Source: Candidatus Bathyarchaeota archaeon
Lineage (GTDB): Archaea > Thermoproteota > Bathyarchaeia > Bathyarchaeales > Bathycorpusculaceae
DNA: 64,000 nucleotides
Assembly: GCA_963833575.1 (NCBI GenBank)
Contig: CAWHXY010000007.1
Span: 416,001-480,000, forward strand
Reading direction: 5' to 3'
Shown: positions 19,596 through 29,475 of the stretch, piece after piece
Numbering within the stretch: position 1 is the stretch's first letter
Layout of the letters: the number at the start of each line of letters is the position of its first letter
Made by a program: the position numbers and the translations under genes
The notes under the pieces: model-generated
Told to the model about the DNA's origin: nothing
Databases searched by the model: none
The model's input: the letters and a program-made list of their open reading frames with translations, nothing else

Positions 19596-21146
19596 TTAAG
19601 CAACCTCTGCTTTTTTTGTTTTCTTTCTTTGTTTAATTTCGATCCTTGGGGCTAGTTTGTTGCGTGCTTTGAGTTCTGCGTTAGTTTCAGTTTCTGGATT
19701 TTTAGCTTTAATTACTCGAACCTCTTCAAGTATTTTCGTTAAGAGTTCTTCGTCGTTTAGGATACCTTTTGGCGGCTCAACGACTTTGCGGAGTTGTATT
19801 GGCACTAGATCCATGCGGTAAGCAGTGCCTTCGTATTCTATACCGCACCATTGCGTGGGAAACACTACGTCGCCAAGCCTTGAGATAGCATTCATGTCTG
19901 GGTTAATGGTGATTATCGGGTGCTTCATCATATTTTGCATAGCTGCTTTGGGAAAGTGCGCGCCTGGATCTGACGAAATAACTAAGGTTGCATCGTTGTC
20001 GCCGCGTCTTAGCAAGTCGATGGTTGTGAATTCTCCAGGGTTATATTGTGGGTAGCCCTGTGAGAAGTCAAGTGCGTATGGATAGCCTGTTTGCCAAGCG
20101 AATACTACGTTTGCGCCTGTGACATTGAAGTGTCCTCGCATAGGTGAGATGACGAATTTGGTTCTTCTGTTAAGGTCACGTGTCAATGCGATTGCTATTT
20201 CGATATTTCTGAATCTGCCTGCGCTTTGAGTTAAGCCTAGTCCAAAAAAGATGCAGCCGAAATCGCAGTTTACCATTGCATCTGTTACTTCTTTAAGGTA
20301 TTCAACTGGAACACCGCCTACCTTATCAACATCAAGTTCTTGATCGGCTACTAAACATCTCATGGCGTCTAGTATTTCATAATCTTTGTTTGGTTCAACC
20401 TGAATGAAGTAATCAGCTGCCTCGGCAGTTATTGTTTTTCTGACGTCGACAACAATTAGTTTACGCCCGTTCTTGTTAATTGCCTGAGGAGGCGCGCCTA
20501 CAGCGCATGTTTGTGGATGAACTGGAGGATTATAGCTACCCAATATTCGCTTTGAAGCGGCGGCTACTTTTTTCTGGCTTGCAGCGCCCTTCAATCTTTC
20601 CATGTAATTTTTCCATTCACTACCTTCAAAACGACCTTCAGTGAAACTGGTATATCTTTCAAGATGCCTTGGGTGTGAAGCCCATGGATCGCATGCCCAG
20701 TAAATTATAAGGTCTGCACGGTGTCTAATTTGCCCAAGGGTACAGGAAGGGATACCGATTTCTTGTTCAGCCATAACTGATGGTCCGTGGCAAACGCTGC
20801 AACAGTTATCCAATGCCGAGCCTAATTCTTCAGCTAATTCAACGCCGACTCGCTGCGCTTCGCTTGTTGAACTGCTCCAGCCGAATAAAAGCGGATACTT
20901 TGCATCAGTGAGAATTTGAGCTGCTTTATGGATTGCTTCATCCATGGTTACAGGAACTAACTTGCCATCTTTTCTTATCATGGGTTTTAGAATTCTTTCT
21001 TCGCTTTTGTACCCGTGAACCATTTTGGCTTCGCATTGGGCACAACCATTCTTCATTTTTACAATTTCGTTATTTTCCACTGTAACTTCTAAGTCATCAC
21101 ATAAGCAGCCACATATTGGACAAACAACGGATTTAATTTCTGTCAT
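19596..21146 (-). CDS. fwdB: Formylmethanofuran dehydrogenase subunit B (Mo/W-bis-PGD, Cys ligand)
   Basis: CPICGCLCDD, SVCHGP, CTLGQI, HPRH, MRGHFNV motifs. Confidence 0.95.
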   Translation of the reverse strand: MTEIKSVVCPICGCLCDDLEVTVENNEIVKMKNGCAQCEAKMVHGYKSEERILKPMIRKDGKLVPVTMDEAIHKAAQILTDAKYPLLFGWSSSTSEAQRVGVELAEELGSALDNCCSVCHGPSVMAEQEIGIPSCTLGQIRHRADLIIYWACDPWASHPRHLERYTSFTEGRFEGSEWKNYMERLKGAASQKKVAAASKRILGSYNPPVHPQTCAVGAPPQAINKNGRKLIVVDVRKTITAEAADYFIQVEPNKDYEILDAMRCLVADQELDVDKVGGVPVEYLKEVTDAMVNCDFGCIFFGLGLTQSAGRFRNIEIAIALTRDLNRRTKFVISPMRGHFNVTGANVVFAWQTGYPYALDFSQGYPQYNPGEFTTIDLLRRGDNDATLVISSDPGAHFPKAAMQNMMKHPIITINPDMNAISRLGDVVFPTQWCGIEYEGTAYRMDLVPIQLRKVVEPPKGILNDEELLTKILEEVRVIKAKNPETETNAELKARNKLAPRIEIKQRKKTKKAEVA

Positions 21147-21151
21147 GCAAT

Positions 21152-21553
21152 TTACCGTCCATACTCTTTCATTAAAAGCTCGTCAAGGGTCAAGACAACT
21201 TCATTTGGGGCAGGTTGGACTTCAACTGGAAAACCTTTAAACATCGGCATACCCATGCCGTAAGTTTCGTCGCCGCAGATTGCATTTGCCCATAAACCGC
21301 ATGGTATGAAAACCATCCCGGGTGTAATTCCACTTGGAAATTTTACTGATTTAACGATTACAGAACCATATTTGGAGGACACTTGAACGTTTGTCCCACT
21401 TTTTATACCCAGTTTTTGCATATCAGATTTGTCTATAAAACAGACTGCAGCGCTGTCAAAGTATTCTTGGGAGCCTTTCCCCATCTCTTTTCCTACGCCT
21501 TGATCAATTGTTCTACCAGTAATTAGAGTAGCTTGCAATTTTTGCTCTACCAT
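21152..21553 (-). CDS. fwdD: Formylmethanofuran dehydrogenase subunit D
   Basis: LITGRTIDQG, FIPCGLWAN, GMPMFKG motifs; first gene of fwdDBAC. Confidence 0.93.
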   Translation of the reverse strand: MVEQKLQATLITGRTIDQGVGKEMGKGSQEYFDSAAVCFIDKSDMQKLGIKSGTNVQVSSKYGSVIVKSVKFPSGITPGMVFIPCGLWANAICGDETYGMGMPMFKGFPVEVQPAPNEVVLTLDELLMKEYGR

Positions 21554-21707
21554 GGTCTAAGACCTTACCCAATAGAGTTTATAGAGTCATATTTAAAATT
21601 AAGTTTAAGAAAAATGTAAAACTCCCCTTTAACTGACCCATTGTAGATGCAAAACTTTCATAGTTACTGCGAAGGATAATTACTGCTGAAAAATTTTGCT
21701 AAAGTAT

Positions 21708-22079
21708 TTATTTTAATTTAGCATGCTCAGCTTTGAAAGTAGCATTGTATGTTCGTTTGCCGCCCTCATTAAGGAAGAAGTTAACTTTTCCCTTTAAAGT
21801 GACCCCTCTTAATCGCCTCAAATCTTTAGTCATATCGGGCTCAGTATCATCAAACCAGCACATGACATAATGATCGGCTGCGCCTTTGGATGTAGACAAG
21901 TAGTCAGCGTCACCCATTAGTGTAAAAAAATCTTTGATGCCCCCAGAGTAGGTTGAGCCTTCTTCAGGCTTGAGCGTTAGCTCTTTTGCTTTAACGACTA
22001 CGAACGGGTCAATTTCTGGGTTGACATCTCTTTCCTTAAAAATGCATAAAACGGGTTTTTTCCAGACAAGTTGAGACAA
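21708..22079 (-). CDS. Hypothetical protein
   Basis: 123 aa ORF, TTG start behind GAGG, normal composition. Confidence 0.65.
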   Translation of the reverse strand: MSQLVWKKPVLCIFKERDVNPEIDPFVVVKAKELTLKPEEGSTYSGGIKDFFTLMGDADYLSTSKGAADHYVMCWFDDTEPDMTKDLRRLRGVTLKGKVNFFLNEGGKRTYNATFKAEHAKLK

Positions 22080-22219
22080 ATCGATAGCCTCAATAAGCTA
22101 GCTTAACGCAATTATTTAACCATATTGCAAAATCACAAGCTATGTAGTGCAAATTACATTGTAATTGATGGTAAGCAAATAAGTTGAAACTGAAAAATAG
22201 AATTGGTGTTTTGGGTTAA

Positions 22220-22726
22220 TCACACTGGTTTATATGTTATGTGAAATGTTGCTGGTCCGCCTGGTGGCAATACAAAGAATACAGTGTAGCTTTCTTGAGT
22301 TGAGCTACCGTATGTTGCGTTGTATGAAGTGGTGCCTTTAAGTTCAAAATCGGCGCTATTTATTCCGTTTAGAATTGAGTAGACGTCTGCTGACATGCAT
22401 TTATGGGCAGTTCCATTATCCCAGTAACCTTTGTAGATGTAGATGTCGGTGTAGCCGTTGGTGCCGCCTGGCATTTTAGTGCAATTTATCGTTAATTGCC
22501 AATGCTGATTTGCTGCTACCGTAAACGGTACATAGCCAATTGAGACTGTGCTATTCAGAAAACGTAAACAATCATTTGATCCGTTGACCGTAAAATCCAT
22601 CGCCTTAGTAGGTTGTTGAGTCGGAGCTGTTGCGGACTCCAGAAGAATAGCAGTCATCACAGCACAAATAACAAGAACACCAACAATTAAGCTTAACAAT
22701 TTCTTATTCATTTTTGCCCCTCTCAT
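22220..22726 (-). CDS. Secreted/membrane-anchored hypothetical protein
   Basis: N-terminal KK-hydrophobic signal, beta-rich mature domain. Confidence 0.7.
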   Translation of the reverse strand: MRGAKMNKKLLSLIVGVLVICAVMTAILLESATAPTQQPTKAMDFTVNGSNDCLRFLNSTVSIGYVPFTVAANQHWQLTINCTKMPGGTNGYTDIYIYKGYWDNGTAHKCMSADVYSILNGINSADFELKGTTSYNATYGSSTQESYTVFFVLPPGGPATFHITYKPV

Positions 22727-22894
22727 TTTCTTTTGCTTTTTAATATATTTCTTGCCTAATCGACAAGCTCTGACCTATTTAGCGTTCATACTATGAATTG
22801 CTATTATACGTTTTGGAAATTTGTCGTACTTGAACGAAGCAAAAATAATAGCTGCTTAATCTAAATCCGGACAAATTATCGAAATCAGAGGATA

Positions 22895-23506
22895 TTACGC
22901 CGTGATAATCTCAATTTTCACTAGAAAATATGCCCAGTACCTGCCTTGTGTTAGCAAACCTTGGGGTCCTACAAATGCAGCAGATAATGGCCCTTTATCT
23001 GAGGTCAAGTTTGTACTATTGCAATGGTAAGCAATAATCATCGTTAATCGTTGCGAAGGCTGTACAGTGGCTCTTGTCGTTGGATCATAAGTGTTTAGTC
23101 CTTGACCTTGTACCTGTTGATAGGTAAATGTAACCTTGTAGCCATCTGATCCCGTAACAGTGACGTTCTCGGTGCTTGTAATACCTCCAACCAAGTTTAA
23201 GAGAGTTAGAATAGGCACTCCTGTAAAATTTCCAACATAAGTCGTGTTCTTATCGTCGATGTATCCGCCAGTCGCCGAGTAAGATTGTAATGCGGCAAGT
23301 TGGCTTGAATCTAAAATCAATTGTCGCCCGTTAGCCCCAACGAGAGTTAAGCTCAGAGTTGGAAGAATTACTTTTGTTTTTGTGGCGTTTGAATATGGCT
23401 TATAAATTTGCCATGAAACCACGACGGCCACGATAACAATAATGATAATAGCAACCGCAAACATTTTTTTGTTAAATTTTCTTTTTACGCCCGAGTCCAT
23501 ATTCAT
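22895..23506 (-). CDS. Membrane-anchored molybdopterin-binding (sulfite-oxidase-like) domain protein
   Basis: N-terminal TM; FTGVPILTLL…GSDGY…IIAY…GPL pattern. Confidence 0.6.
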   Translation of the reverse strand: MNMDSGVKRKFNKKMFAVAIIIIVIVAVVVSWQIYKPYSNATKTKVILPTLSLTLVGANGRQLILDSSQLAALQSYSATGGYIDDKNTTYVGNFTGVPILTLLNLVGGITSTENVTVTGSDGYKVTFTYQQVQGQGLNTYDPTTRATVQPSQRLTMIIAYHCNSTNLTSDKGPLSAAFVGPQGLLTQGRYWAYFLVKIEIITA

Positions 23507-24033
23507 TTATTTTCTCCCTCTCTTAGTCGATTATTTGGCTCTTTTCTTAAGCTTATTTTCATAATAACAACAACGGCAATCGTTAGAATTGCAACAGCCA
23601 AAATAACCATTATTGCTATTGGGAATCCTGCTGCGAACAAACTTTCAGAGCTTGATTGAGTCGAATTATTAACAGAATAATCTAACGTCACATTTTTGCC
23701 TGTTGTGCAGGAGCAAAAAGTATTGTCAAAAGTTAATGTGTATGTTCCAGTAGTAGAAGCTGAAAACGAGAAATTTGTATAGGTGACATAGCTTTGGTTC
23801 AATAATTCTTTTCCATTTGGGTCTGATACATTGAAATCAACTCCTATTCCTGAGCCGCCAGAAACAGAAATGGTGCCATTAACAAAATCGCCTTTGTTCA
23901 AATTCACGTTTACAGATTGTTTGTTTCCAGGTGAAATCGTGAATGTCTCTGTCGCTTGAACAAAAGACATCAATGTCCACAAAAGTATCAAGAAAATTAT
24001 CAATGCAAAAATTTTCTTATCCAAAGATACCAA
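23503..24033 (-). CDS. GOLD / emp24-gp25L-p24-like single-pass membrane protein
   Basis: Signal peptide, VDFNVSDPNG…GTYTLTFDNTF…KNV GOLD-like motif, C-terminal TM and short tail. Confidence 0.65.
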   Translation of the reverse strand: MVSLDKKIFALIIFLILLWTLMSFVQATETFTISPGNKQSVNVNLNKGDFVNGTISVSGGSGIGVDFNVSDPNGKELLNQSYVTYTNFSFSASTTGTYTLTFDNTFCSCTTGKNVTLDYSVNNSTQSSSESLFAAGFPIAIMVILAVAILTIAVVVIMKISLRKEPNNRLREGENK

Positions 24034-24331
24034 TTATTGCTTAACCAAGTTTGTTAATAAGCCTTATGGAAACCAGCGCGCAGTAAAAAGGATTAATTTG
24101 AATCCAACCAACGACCCTACAACTAGCGACACTTCCTTAAGTTACGCTAACAATGCAAAACGGGTTTGGTAAAAACAGATGAAAACTTGGGAAAAAAGTA
24201 AATTATTAATTGTTACAATGCAAGTAAATATTATTTTGTAAAAATAGAGAACGTTAAGGATACAGAGGTTCTTAGTTAATTCGTAAAATTTTATCGAAAA
24301 TTTAAAAAGCTAACGTTCTCTCATTTCATTT

Positions 24332-25399
24332 ATGAAGTTATCTTTTAAAATTGGTTCTGCATGGGGAATTCCAATTGAGCTGCACCTTACTTTTATACTT
24401 TTAATAATTGCAGTTCTGGGTCTAGCAATCTATTATAGTCAAATTTATTCTTTCATCCTTATAGTATTTCTCTTTGTTTTCGTTCTTTTTCATGAGCTTG
24501 CCCATTCGGTTGTTGCGAGACGTTTTAACATCAAGGTGCGTAAAATCGTTCTGTACCCTATAGGCGGTGTTTCTGAAATTGAGGAAATCCCTGAAAATCC
24601 ATCGATTGAGTGGCGGATGGCCGTAGCTGGGCCTCTTACAAGTATAGTTCTTGGAGCTGCCCTTCTGGGAACTTACTATCTCTTTCCTGGAATACCTTTG
24701 TTCCCGGCGTCTTCTTTTGTGATTTCTTCTGGAAACTTGTTGCTTGATCTTGGATACCTAAATCTTTTGCTTGGCGCATTCAACTTAATTCCAGCTTTTC
24801 CTATGGATGGGGGGAGGGTTTTTAGAGCTTTATTGGCCGAACGCATGAAGTTTTCTGATGCCACCAAATATGCAGCTTATATTGGTAGGATTTTTGGGAT
24901 TCTGTTGGTGGTTGTTGGGTTCTTTTTTAATTTTGTGTTAATCTTGATTGGTGTCTTTATTTATATTGGTGCCAGTGAAGAGGCTGAGCAAACTATTGTT
25001 TCTACCACTTTGGCTAGTGTTCGTGTGAAAGATGTTATGCAATCTGCCGTGGGGTCTGTTAGCCCCGACCAAACTATTGCTGAAGCCATGGAAGTTATGT
25101 TCAAAGCTCGATATCACGATGCACTTGTCGAAAAAGAGGGTTTTTTTCAAGGCGTTGTAATCTGGAATGAAATACTCAAAATTCCCCAACAACAACGCAA
25201 CAGCATAAAAGTTGGACAAATGCCTCTCAAAAATGTTTCAACTTACCCTGACGAAGCGGTCATAGAAGCATACAAACTCATGACGAAAGAAAAAATAGAC
25301 TTGCTTCCAGTCGTAGATAAAGAAACGCCGACAAAACTAATAGGAGTTTTAACTAGCGAAGCGGTAGCTACAGCCTATGAAAAAGCGAGAAACCGTTAA
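24332..25399 (+). CDS. Site-2 protease (peptidase M50) with C-terminal CBS pair
   Basis: HELAH and FNLIPAFPMDGGR motifs, CBS domains. Confidence 0.93.
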   Translation: MKLSFKIGSAWGIPIELHLTFILLIIAVLGLAIYYSQIYSFILIVFLFVFVLFHELAHSVVARRFNIKVRKIVLYPIGGVSEIEEIPENPSIEWRMAVAGPLTSIVLGAALLGTYYLFPGIPLFPASSFVISSGNLLLDLGYLNLLLGAFNLIPAFPMDGGRVFRALLAERMKFSDATKYAAYIGRIFGILLVVVGFFFNFVLILIGVFIYIGASEEAEQTIVSTTLASVRVKDVMQSAVGSVSPDQTIAEAMEVMFKARYHDALVEKEGFFQGVVIWNEILKIPQQQRNSIKVGQMPLKNVSTYPDEAVIEAYKLMTKEKIDLLPVVDKETPTKLIGVLTSEAVATAYEKARNR

Positions 25400-25529
25400 A
25401 CAAGAACAACATACCCGCTGCTTCAGGCTTCAATTAACACTATCTGTAATCTTATGTATTACTACACAATACTTTTATAACAAGCAACCTAACTTAAAGT
25501 AGTAACTTTCCAACCAAAAGAGCCCAAAC

Positions 25530-25742
25530 GTGGAAGAGGTTCTTGTGGGAAAAGACAGGCGCAAAGCAATTGAGCTATTTTGCGACATGTGGGGGGTAAG
25601 CTCAACGACCGCTTCGTGCGAAATGCCTTTGAACACATTGAGCCTCTTCTTCAATCAACAGTTAGAGAAAAAAGTTCTAGTTGTCTATTCACAAAAAGTA
25701 CGTAATTTCTGCCATAGACAAATCCTATTATCCCAAAAATAA
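25530..25742 (+). CDS. Small hypothetical protein
   Basis: ORF following a TATA-like region; alternative GTG start at 25545 behind GAGGT. Confidence 0.4.
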   Translation: MEEVLVGKDRRKAIELFCDMWGVSSTTASCEMPLNTLSLFFNQQLEKKVLVVYSQKVRNFCHRQILLSQK

Positions 25743-25793
25743 CTAATTCTAATTTGCAACTTTAAAAAATATTAACTTTCCAATAAAAAAGGA

Positions 25794-26363
25794 GTGAAAA
25801 ATTTGGGAACCGAAATTCGTACATTTACATCGTTAAAGGATATAACAGAATATCTAGCAAATCAAACTTTGCAATACCGGACGTTATTTGAGGATTACAG
25901 CCAATGGCTAGGTACATTACTGCGTGATTTTGAAAGCGCTCACAAAAACGAAGAGTGGTATCAAAAATCAGCGGCTTTACAAAAAGGCTTAAAGACGCAA
26001 TCCAAAAAACCCGCTGAAACATCCGACAAGGGAAAAAAAGGTTCCAAGGGAAAGGAAGAATCTTCATGTTGGGTTCAATCAGGGGAAATTGCTATTTCCT
26101 ATACTGAACAAGGACAAACTGAGATTCTTTTTGAGGCCATCGAAAAACTAAGCACAAAAATTCAGGAAAATGAGAAATTTAAGGTCACGATTCAACAGCT
26201 TGCCCGTTTAGGATTGGGAACAAGTATTAACTACATAGTTTACCTTGAAGATGACGTTCCGAAAAAAATTGTCTTGAAACCGAAAGCCAACGCTAAAGGA
26301 GATGAAGCTTTCAAGTTTATGACAGAGCTTTCCGTGCCAGCATTCTATACAAGTACACCATAA
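25794..26363 (+). CDS. Hypothetical coiled-coil protein
   Basis: 189 aa ORF with SD; helical, Lys-rich central loop. Confidence 0.7.
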   Translation: MKNLGTEIRTFTSLKDITEYLANQTLQYRTLFEDYSQWLGTLLRDFESAHKNEEWYQKSAALQKGLKTQSKKPAETSDKGKKGSKGKEESSCWVQSGEIAISYTEQGQTEILFEAIEKLSTKIQENEKFKVTIQQLARLGLGTSINYIVYLEDDVPKKIVLKPKANAKGDEAFKFMTELSVPAFYTSTP

Positions 26364-26441
26364 TAAGCCCACCATGTGATTCAATAGGGGCTAAACAGTA
26401 GTAGAAATACAAAAGTTAAATATTAAAATAACGAGAATGAT

Positions 26442-26987
26442 GTAAGCGAGGTATCAGCCGTAAACCCACAGTATTCTGTTTCAGGTGTCATCGTTTCAAT
26501 AAACCTCAATAGTTTACAGGCTGAAAGAACGGGCGAGTATCTTTCAAAAGATGAATTATTTTTTGATGTCAACGCAAAACTTGAGGAGCAAAAGAAAGGA
26601 ACCAACGAAGTGACACTTGCCTTTAGTTTAGCGATTTCCACAAAGCCAAGCGTTGTTAAATATAACACGTCAGGCTTAGTCACCCTGACCGGTAAATCAG
26701 ATGATATCAAGAAAAAATTAGAGGTAAACCCTAAAACAAAAATTCCCCAAATACTCTTCACTATTTACCAACATGTTTTCAACTCAATCTACATATTATC
26801 ATCCAACCTAAACACACCATACCCACCTCCAGACCTCCTTCATCCAATGGCGGAAAAAATACAAATATTATCTAATGTAGGTCAAAATCAGTCCTCGCCA
26901 GAAAAATCTGAAACAGCACCGCCAAATCCTGCTTCAGTAGCTTCAACTGCCGCACCTACAGTAGAGAAACAAGCGGCAAGCACGTAA
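26442..26987 (+). CDS. Hypothetical protein (start uncertain; frame open about 60 codons upstream of the first GTG)
   Basis: Frame of ORF 26610..26987 is open back to a TAA at 26424 and reads as plausible protein (SEVSAVNPQYSVSGVIVSINLNSLQAER…). Confidence 0.6.
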   Translation, partial: VSEVSAVNPQYSVSGVIVSINLNSLQAERTGEYLSKDELFFDVNAKLEEQKKGTNEVTLAFSLAISTKPSVVKYNTSGLVTLTGKSDDIKKKLEVNPKTKIPQILFTIYQHVFNSIYILSSNLNTPYPPPDLLHPMAEKIQILSNVGQNQSSPEKSETAPPNPASVASTAAPTVEKQAAST

Positions 26988-27132
26988 AATTTGTGCTTTC
27001 TTATTTGGTTGAAAAAACTTTTTTTAATATTCCCATTTTTGATATGTTTTTGAAACAAAAATGATCTACAAACCAGAACCATGTTATTAAATACTTTTTA
27101 ACTATAGAGTCTCAAGAAAGGAGAAATAAACT

Positions 27133-27348
27133 TTGCAAACGACAGTAGTTACATTACTCTTAATCACCACATCAGTGGTGTTCGCTTGCGTAGTTATCGA
27201 CTACGCCGTAAACTTACTTCAAAACACTCTTAACACTACAAATATCCCGCAGCTTGATCGCGTAAAAAGCATCGAAAGCAACCTTTTGAACCAAACAGAC
27301 GCATTTAGTGGAACCCAGCCGCAACTACCAAGTGAACCGTCGCCGTAA
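27133..27348 (+). CDS. Small membrane protein with pilin-like N-terminal helix
   Basis: SD AAGGAG, TTG start, MQTTVVTLLLITTSVVFACVVIDYA hydrophobic N-terminus. Confidence 0.55.
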   Translation: MQTTVVTLLLITTSVVFACVVIDYAVNLLQNTLNTTNIPQLDRVKSIESNLLNQTDAFSGTQPQLPSEPSP

Positions 27349-27470
27349 AATTCTTAAGTATATTAGTAAGCAGCAGTTTTTGTCGAAGCTCCGGCTCTAT
27401 TTATTTGAAATCTGGTTTCCGCCTTCATAAATCCTAAAATGGTGAAGCAACAATTCGTCTGAGACGAGAA

Positions 27471-27797
27471 ATGTCGGCAGATCCTGTAGAGATTTCGCGG
27501 TTCGACGCTGAAAATGCAACATCTTTAACAGCTGACTTTCTGAAAAGGCTTGGGTACAAAGGCAATTGGTTACCCATGAAAGTTTCCCTTGATGGAGAAT
27601 TATACGTAGTTGAAATGATGTTTCAAAAGTTAAATGCTAAAGTTCAAATTAACTCTAAAACTAAAGAAATAAAAGAGTATGAACTCCAGGAAGGGGAAGG
27701 AGAATCAAAGTCATTCCTTAAATCAAAGGGAATTATGTTTATTATTGCCGCAATTCCTGCAGCTGTTCTGGTAGTAAAATTGTTAGGCATTTTCTAA
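27471..27797 (+). CDS. Hypothetical protein, PepSY-like domain plus C-terminal TM
   Basis: YVVEM…AKVQINSKTKEI pattern, hydrophobic C-terminus. Confidence 0.6.
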   Translation: MSADPVEISRFDAENATSLTADFLKRLGYKGNWLPMKVSLDGELYVVEMMFQKLNAKVQINSKTKEIKEYELQEGEGESKSFLKSKGIMFIIAAIPAAVLVVKLLGIF

Positions 27798-27922
27798 GCG
27801 TTTTTTTTAAAGAGGCAGTTTCCCAAAAATTGTGAAGCGCTTGAGAATCGGAAAAATGACGAGTTAAGTGGTTTGTTTAACTTGACATTTTTATGAGTTG
27901 CATAGATTGGAAGATTCATGAA

Positions 27923-28294
27923 TTAAATCAGCGTGATTGACTTGGGACTGAACCTGTTTTTCTCTAAGAAGAGATCCAAGACTCTAGTTTCACTAAGAAA
28001 TGTTACACTGTGCGAAGCGCCAGCAGGAATTAGATATTCATCACCCTTTCCGCAAAGCCTTAATTTATTGTCAATTCGAAGTTCCAAACTTCCCTCAACA
28101 ACTATTCCCCATTGAGGATAATTATGTCGGTGCTCAGGCACTTTCAAGTTTGCTTCAAACTCACAGAAAACCATCTGTTTCATTTCAGACTGCAGTATCC
28201 AAGCTCTAGAACCTTCAATTTCAGTCTCTGCCTCAGGCAGACTAGTTATGACCTCTGGGTAACCTGAAACATTTTGATTCTTAATATTATCCAA
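27923..28294 (-). CDS. Cupin domain protein
   Basis: PEHRH…QWGIVVEG…GDEYLIPAGASH cupin motifs. Confidence 0.85.
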   Translation of the reverse strand: MDNIKNQNVSGYPEVITSLPEAETEIEGSRAWILQSEMKQMVFCEFEANLKVPEHRHNYPQWGIVVEGSLELRIDNKLRLCGKGDEYLIPAGASHSVTFLSETRVLDLFLEKNRFSPKSITLI

Positions 28295-28366
28295 GCTAAT
28301 TCCCTCAGCACATATAGAAACTAATGAAAAAGAAAAATATTTGCTTATTTAACTTCAAAAGTAACT

Positions 28367-28444
28367 TGGTGGGGCCGGCCGGATTTGAACCGGCGTCTAT
28401 AGCGCCCGAGGCTACAAGCCTGGACCAAGCTAGCCGACGGCCCC
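28367..28444 (-). tRNA. tRNA-Pro(CGG), intronless, CCA encoded
   Basis: Reverse complement GGGGCCG…GTAGC-CTCGGGC-GCTAT…GGTTCAAATCC…CGGCCCCACCA folds as a cloverleaf. Confidence 0.95.
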
Positions 28445-28663
28445 AAAAATTTTGCTTGGAGTTTTGCGGGTTCAAAGAATAATGCTGGCTTAGGCTTTAA
28501 ACTTTAACGGTGGTAAGCTACCATAATTTCTGAAGCTATAGCTTTCTTATATGTTAGACTTATCTATAGGCGGCTTTTGAGATCTTCTGTTAGACTATAT
28601 GATAAACGCGGAAAAGAAATGAGAACAAAAATCTAATGAAAGCTTTTCAGAAAAATAGTGGAA

Positions 28664-29395
28664 TTAAGTTTCTTTGCAATTTTCTTTGTAAGGAGTAGTT
28701 AGAACTTCTTTGACTTTGTTAGTTATCACCGGACCGAGCCCATGCACGCCCTTCGACCAATCATCCACGTTAATCAACGCATTCATCGGCGTTTGATAAG
28801 AATCCAGTATGGCGGTGGCTTTTTCTCGTCCAACGTTGGGCAAACTGGCAACAAAATATACTTGGGCATCAGCCAGGGTCTCGCATCTCTTGAAGGCATG
28901 CACCACGGGGCTTCTTTTTTCAACAATCTGTTCCTGTTTTGCAGCTGTGTAGAGAAAATCAATAGTTTCCTTATAAGAGGATGTGTTTATTATTGCTACT
29001 CCGTTCTTTGCAAGGTTAAACATTGCTCCCCAAATGGCACTAGGTTGAATGTTGCTGTACTTGTAGATGATTGGCATGTAACCTTCAAGTATAAGAAGTG
29101 ATTTTGGATAGACATCTTTTAAGGTGAAAATCTGCTCAAAAAGGTAACGTCTTGTTAAAGTGTAAACAAAATCGTTAACTGTTTTGCGTTCAACAGCGCA
29201 TTGGTCAGAGAGAACGTAGTCGCCCTTTTCGAGCAATTGAGTTTTTATGTTGACTCCTTTTTCAATTAAGCCTTTGACAATTTTTTCAGCGCTGCTGGCT
29301 TCGCGGCTATCTACTATTATGGTTGGTTCCTCGCCATTCTTCTTTTTATCAGCAATGAAGGGAATCAACGTTTCAGTTCCAGACAACATAGTCAA
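28664..29395 (-). CDS. xpf: ERCC4/XPF structure-specific nuclease (short form, nuclease plus HhH)
   Basis: VDSRE, GDY…AVERK..DF, C-terminal HhH (LPNVG, VHGLG). Confidence 0.9.
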   Translation of the reverse strand: MTMLSGTETLIPFIADKKKNGEEPTIIVDSREASSAEKIVKGLIEKGVNIKTQLLEKGDYVLSDQCAVERKTVNDFVYTLTRRYLFEQIFTLKDVYPKSLLILEGYMPIIYKYSNIQPSAIWGAMFNLAKNGVAIINTSSYKETIDFLYTAAKQEQIVEKRSPVVHAFKRCETLADAQVYFVASLPNVGREKATAILDSYQTPMNALINVDDWSKGVHGLGPVITNKVKEVLTTPYKENCKET

Positions 29396-29475
29396 CTCTT
29401 AGTAGCTAAACCATTATTGCATATTTATTTTTACTTGCGCCTCAAAAAAACACGAATTAAGGATGAAACAAGGGG

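Noticed and set aside
20780-20815. Selenocysteine in FwdB (or in SelD)
   Set aside because: Both active-site codons are TGC (Cys)
28367-28400. tRNA-Pro 3' end as integration site of a mobile element
   Set aside because: No duplicated tRNA 3' end or integrase noticed in the window
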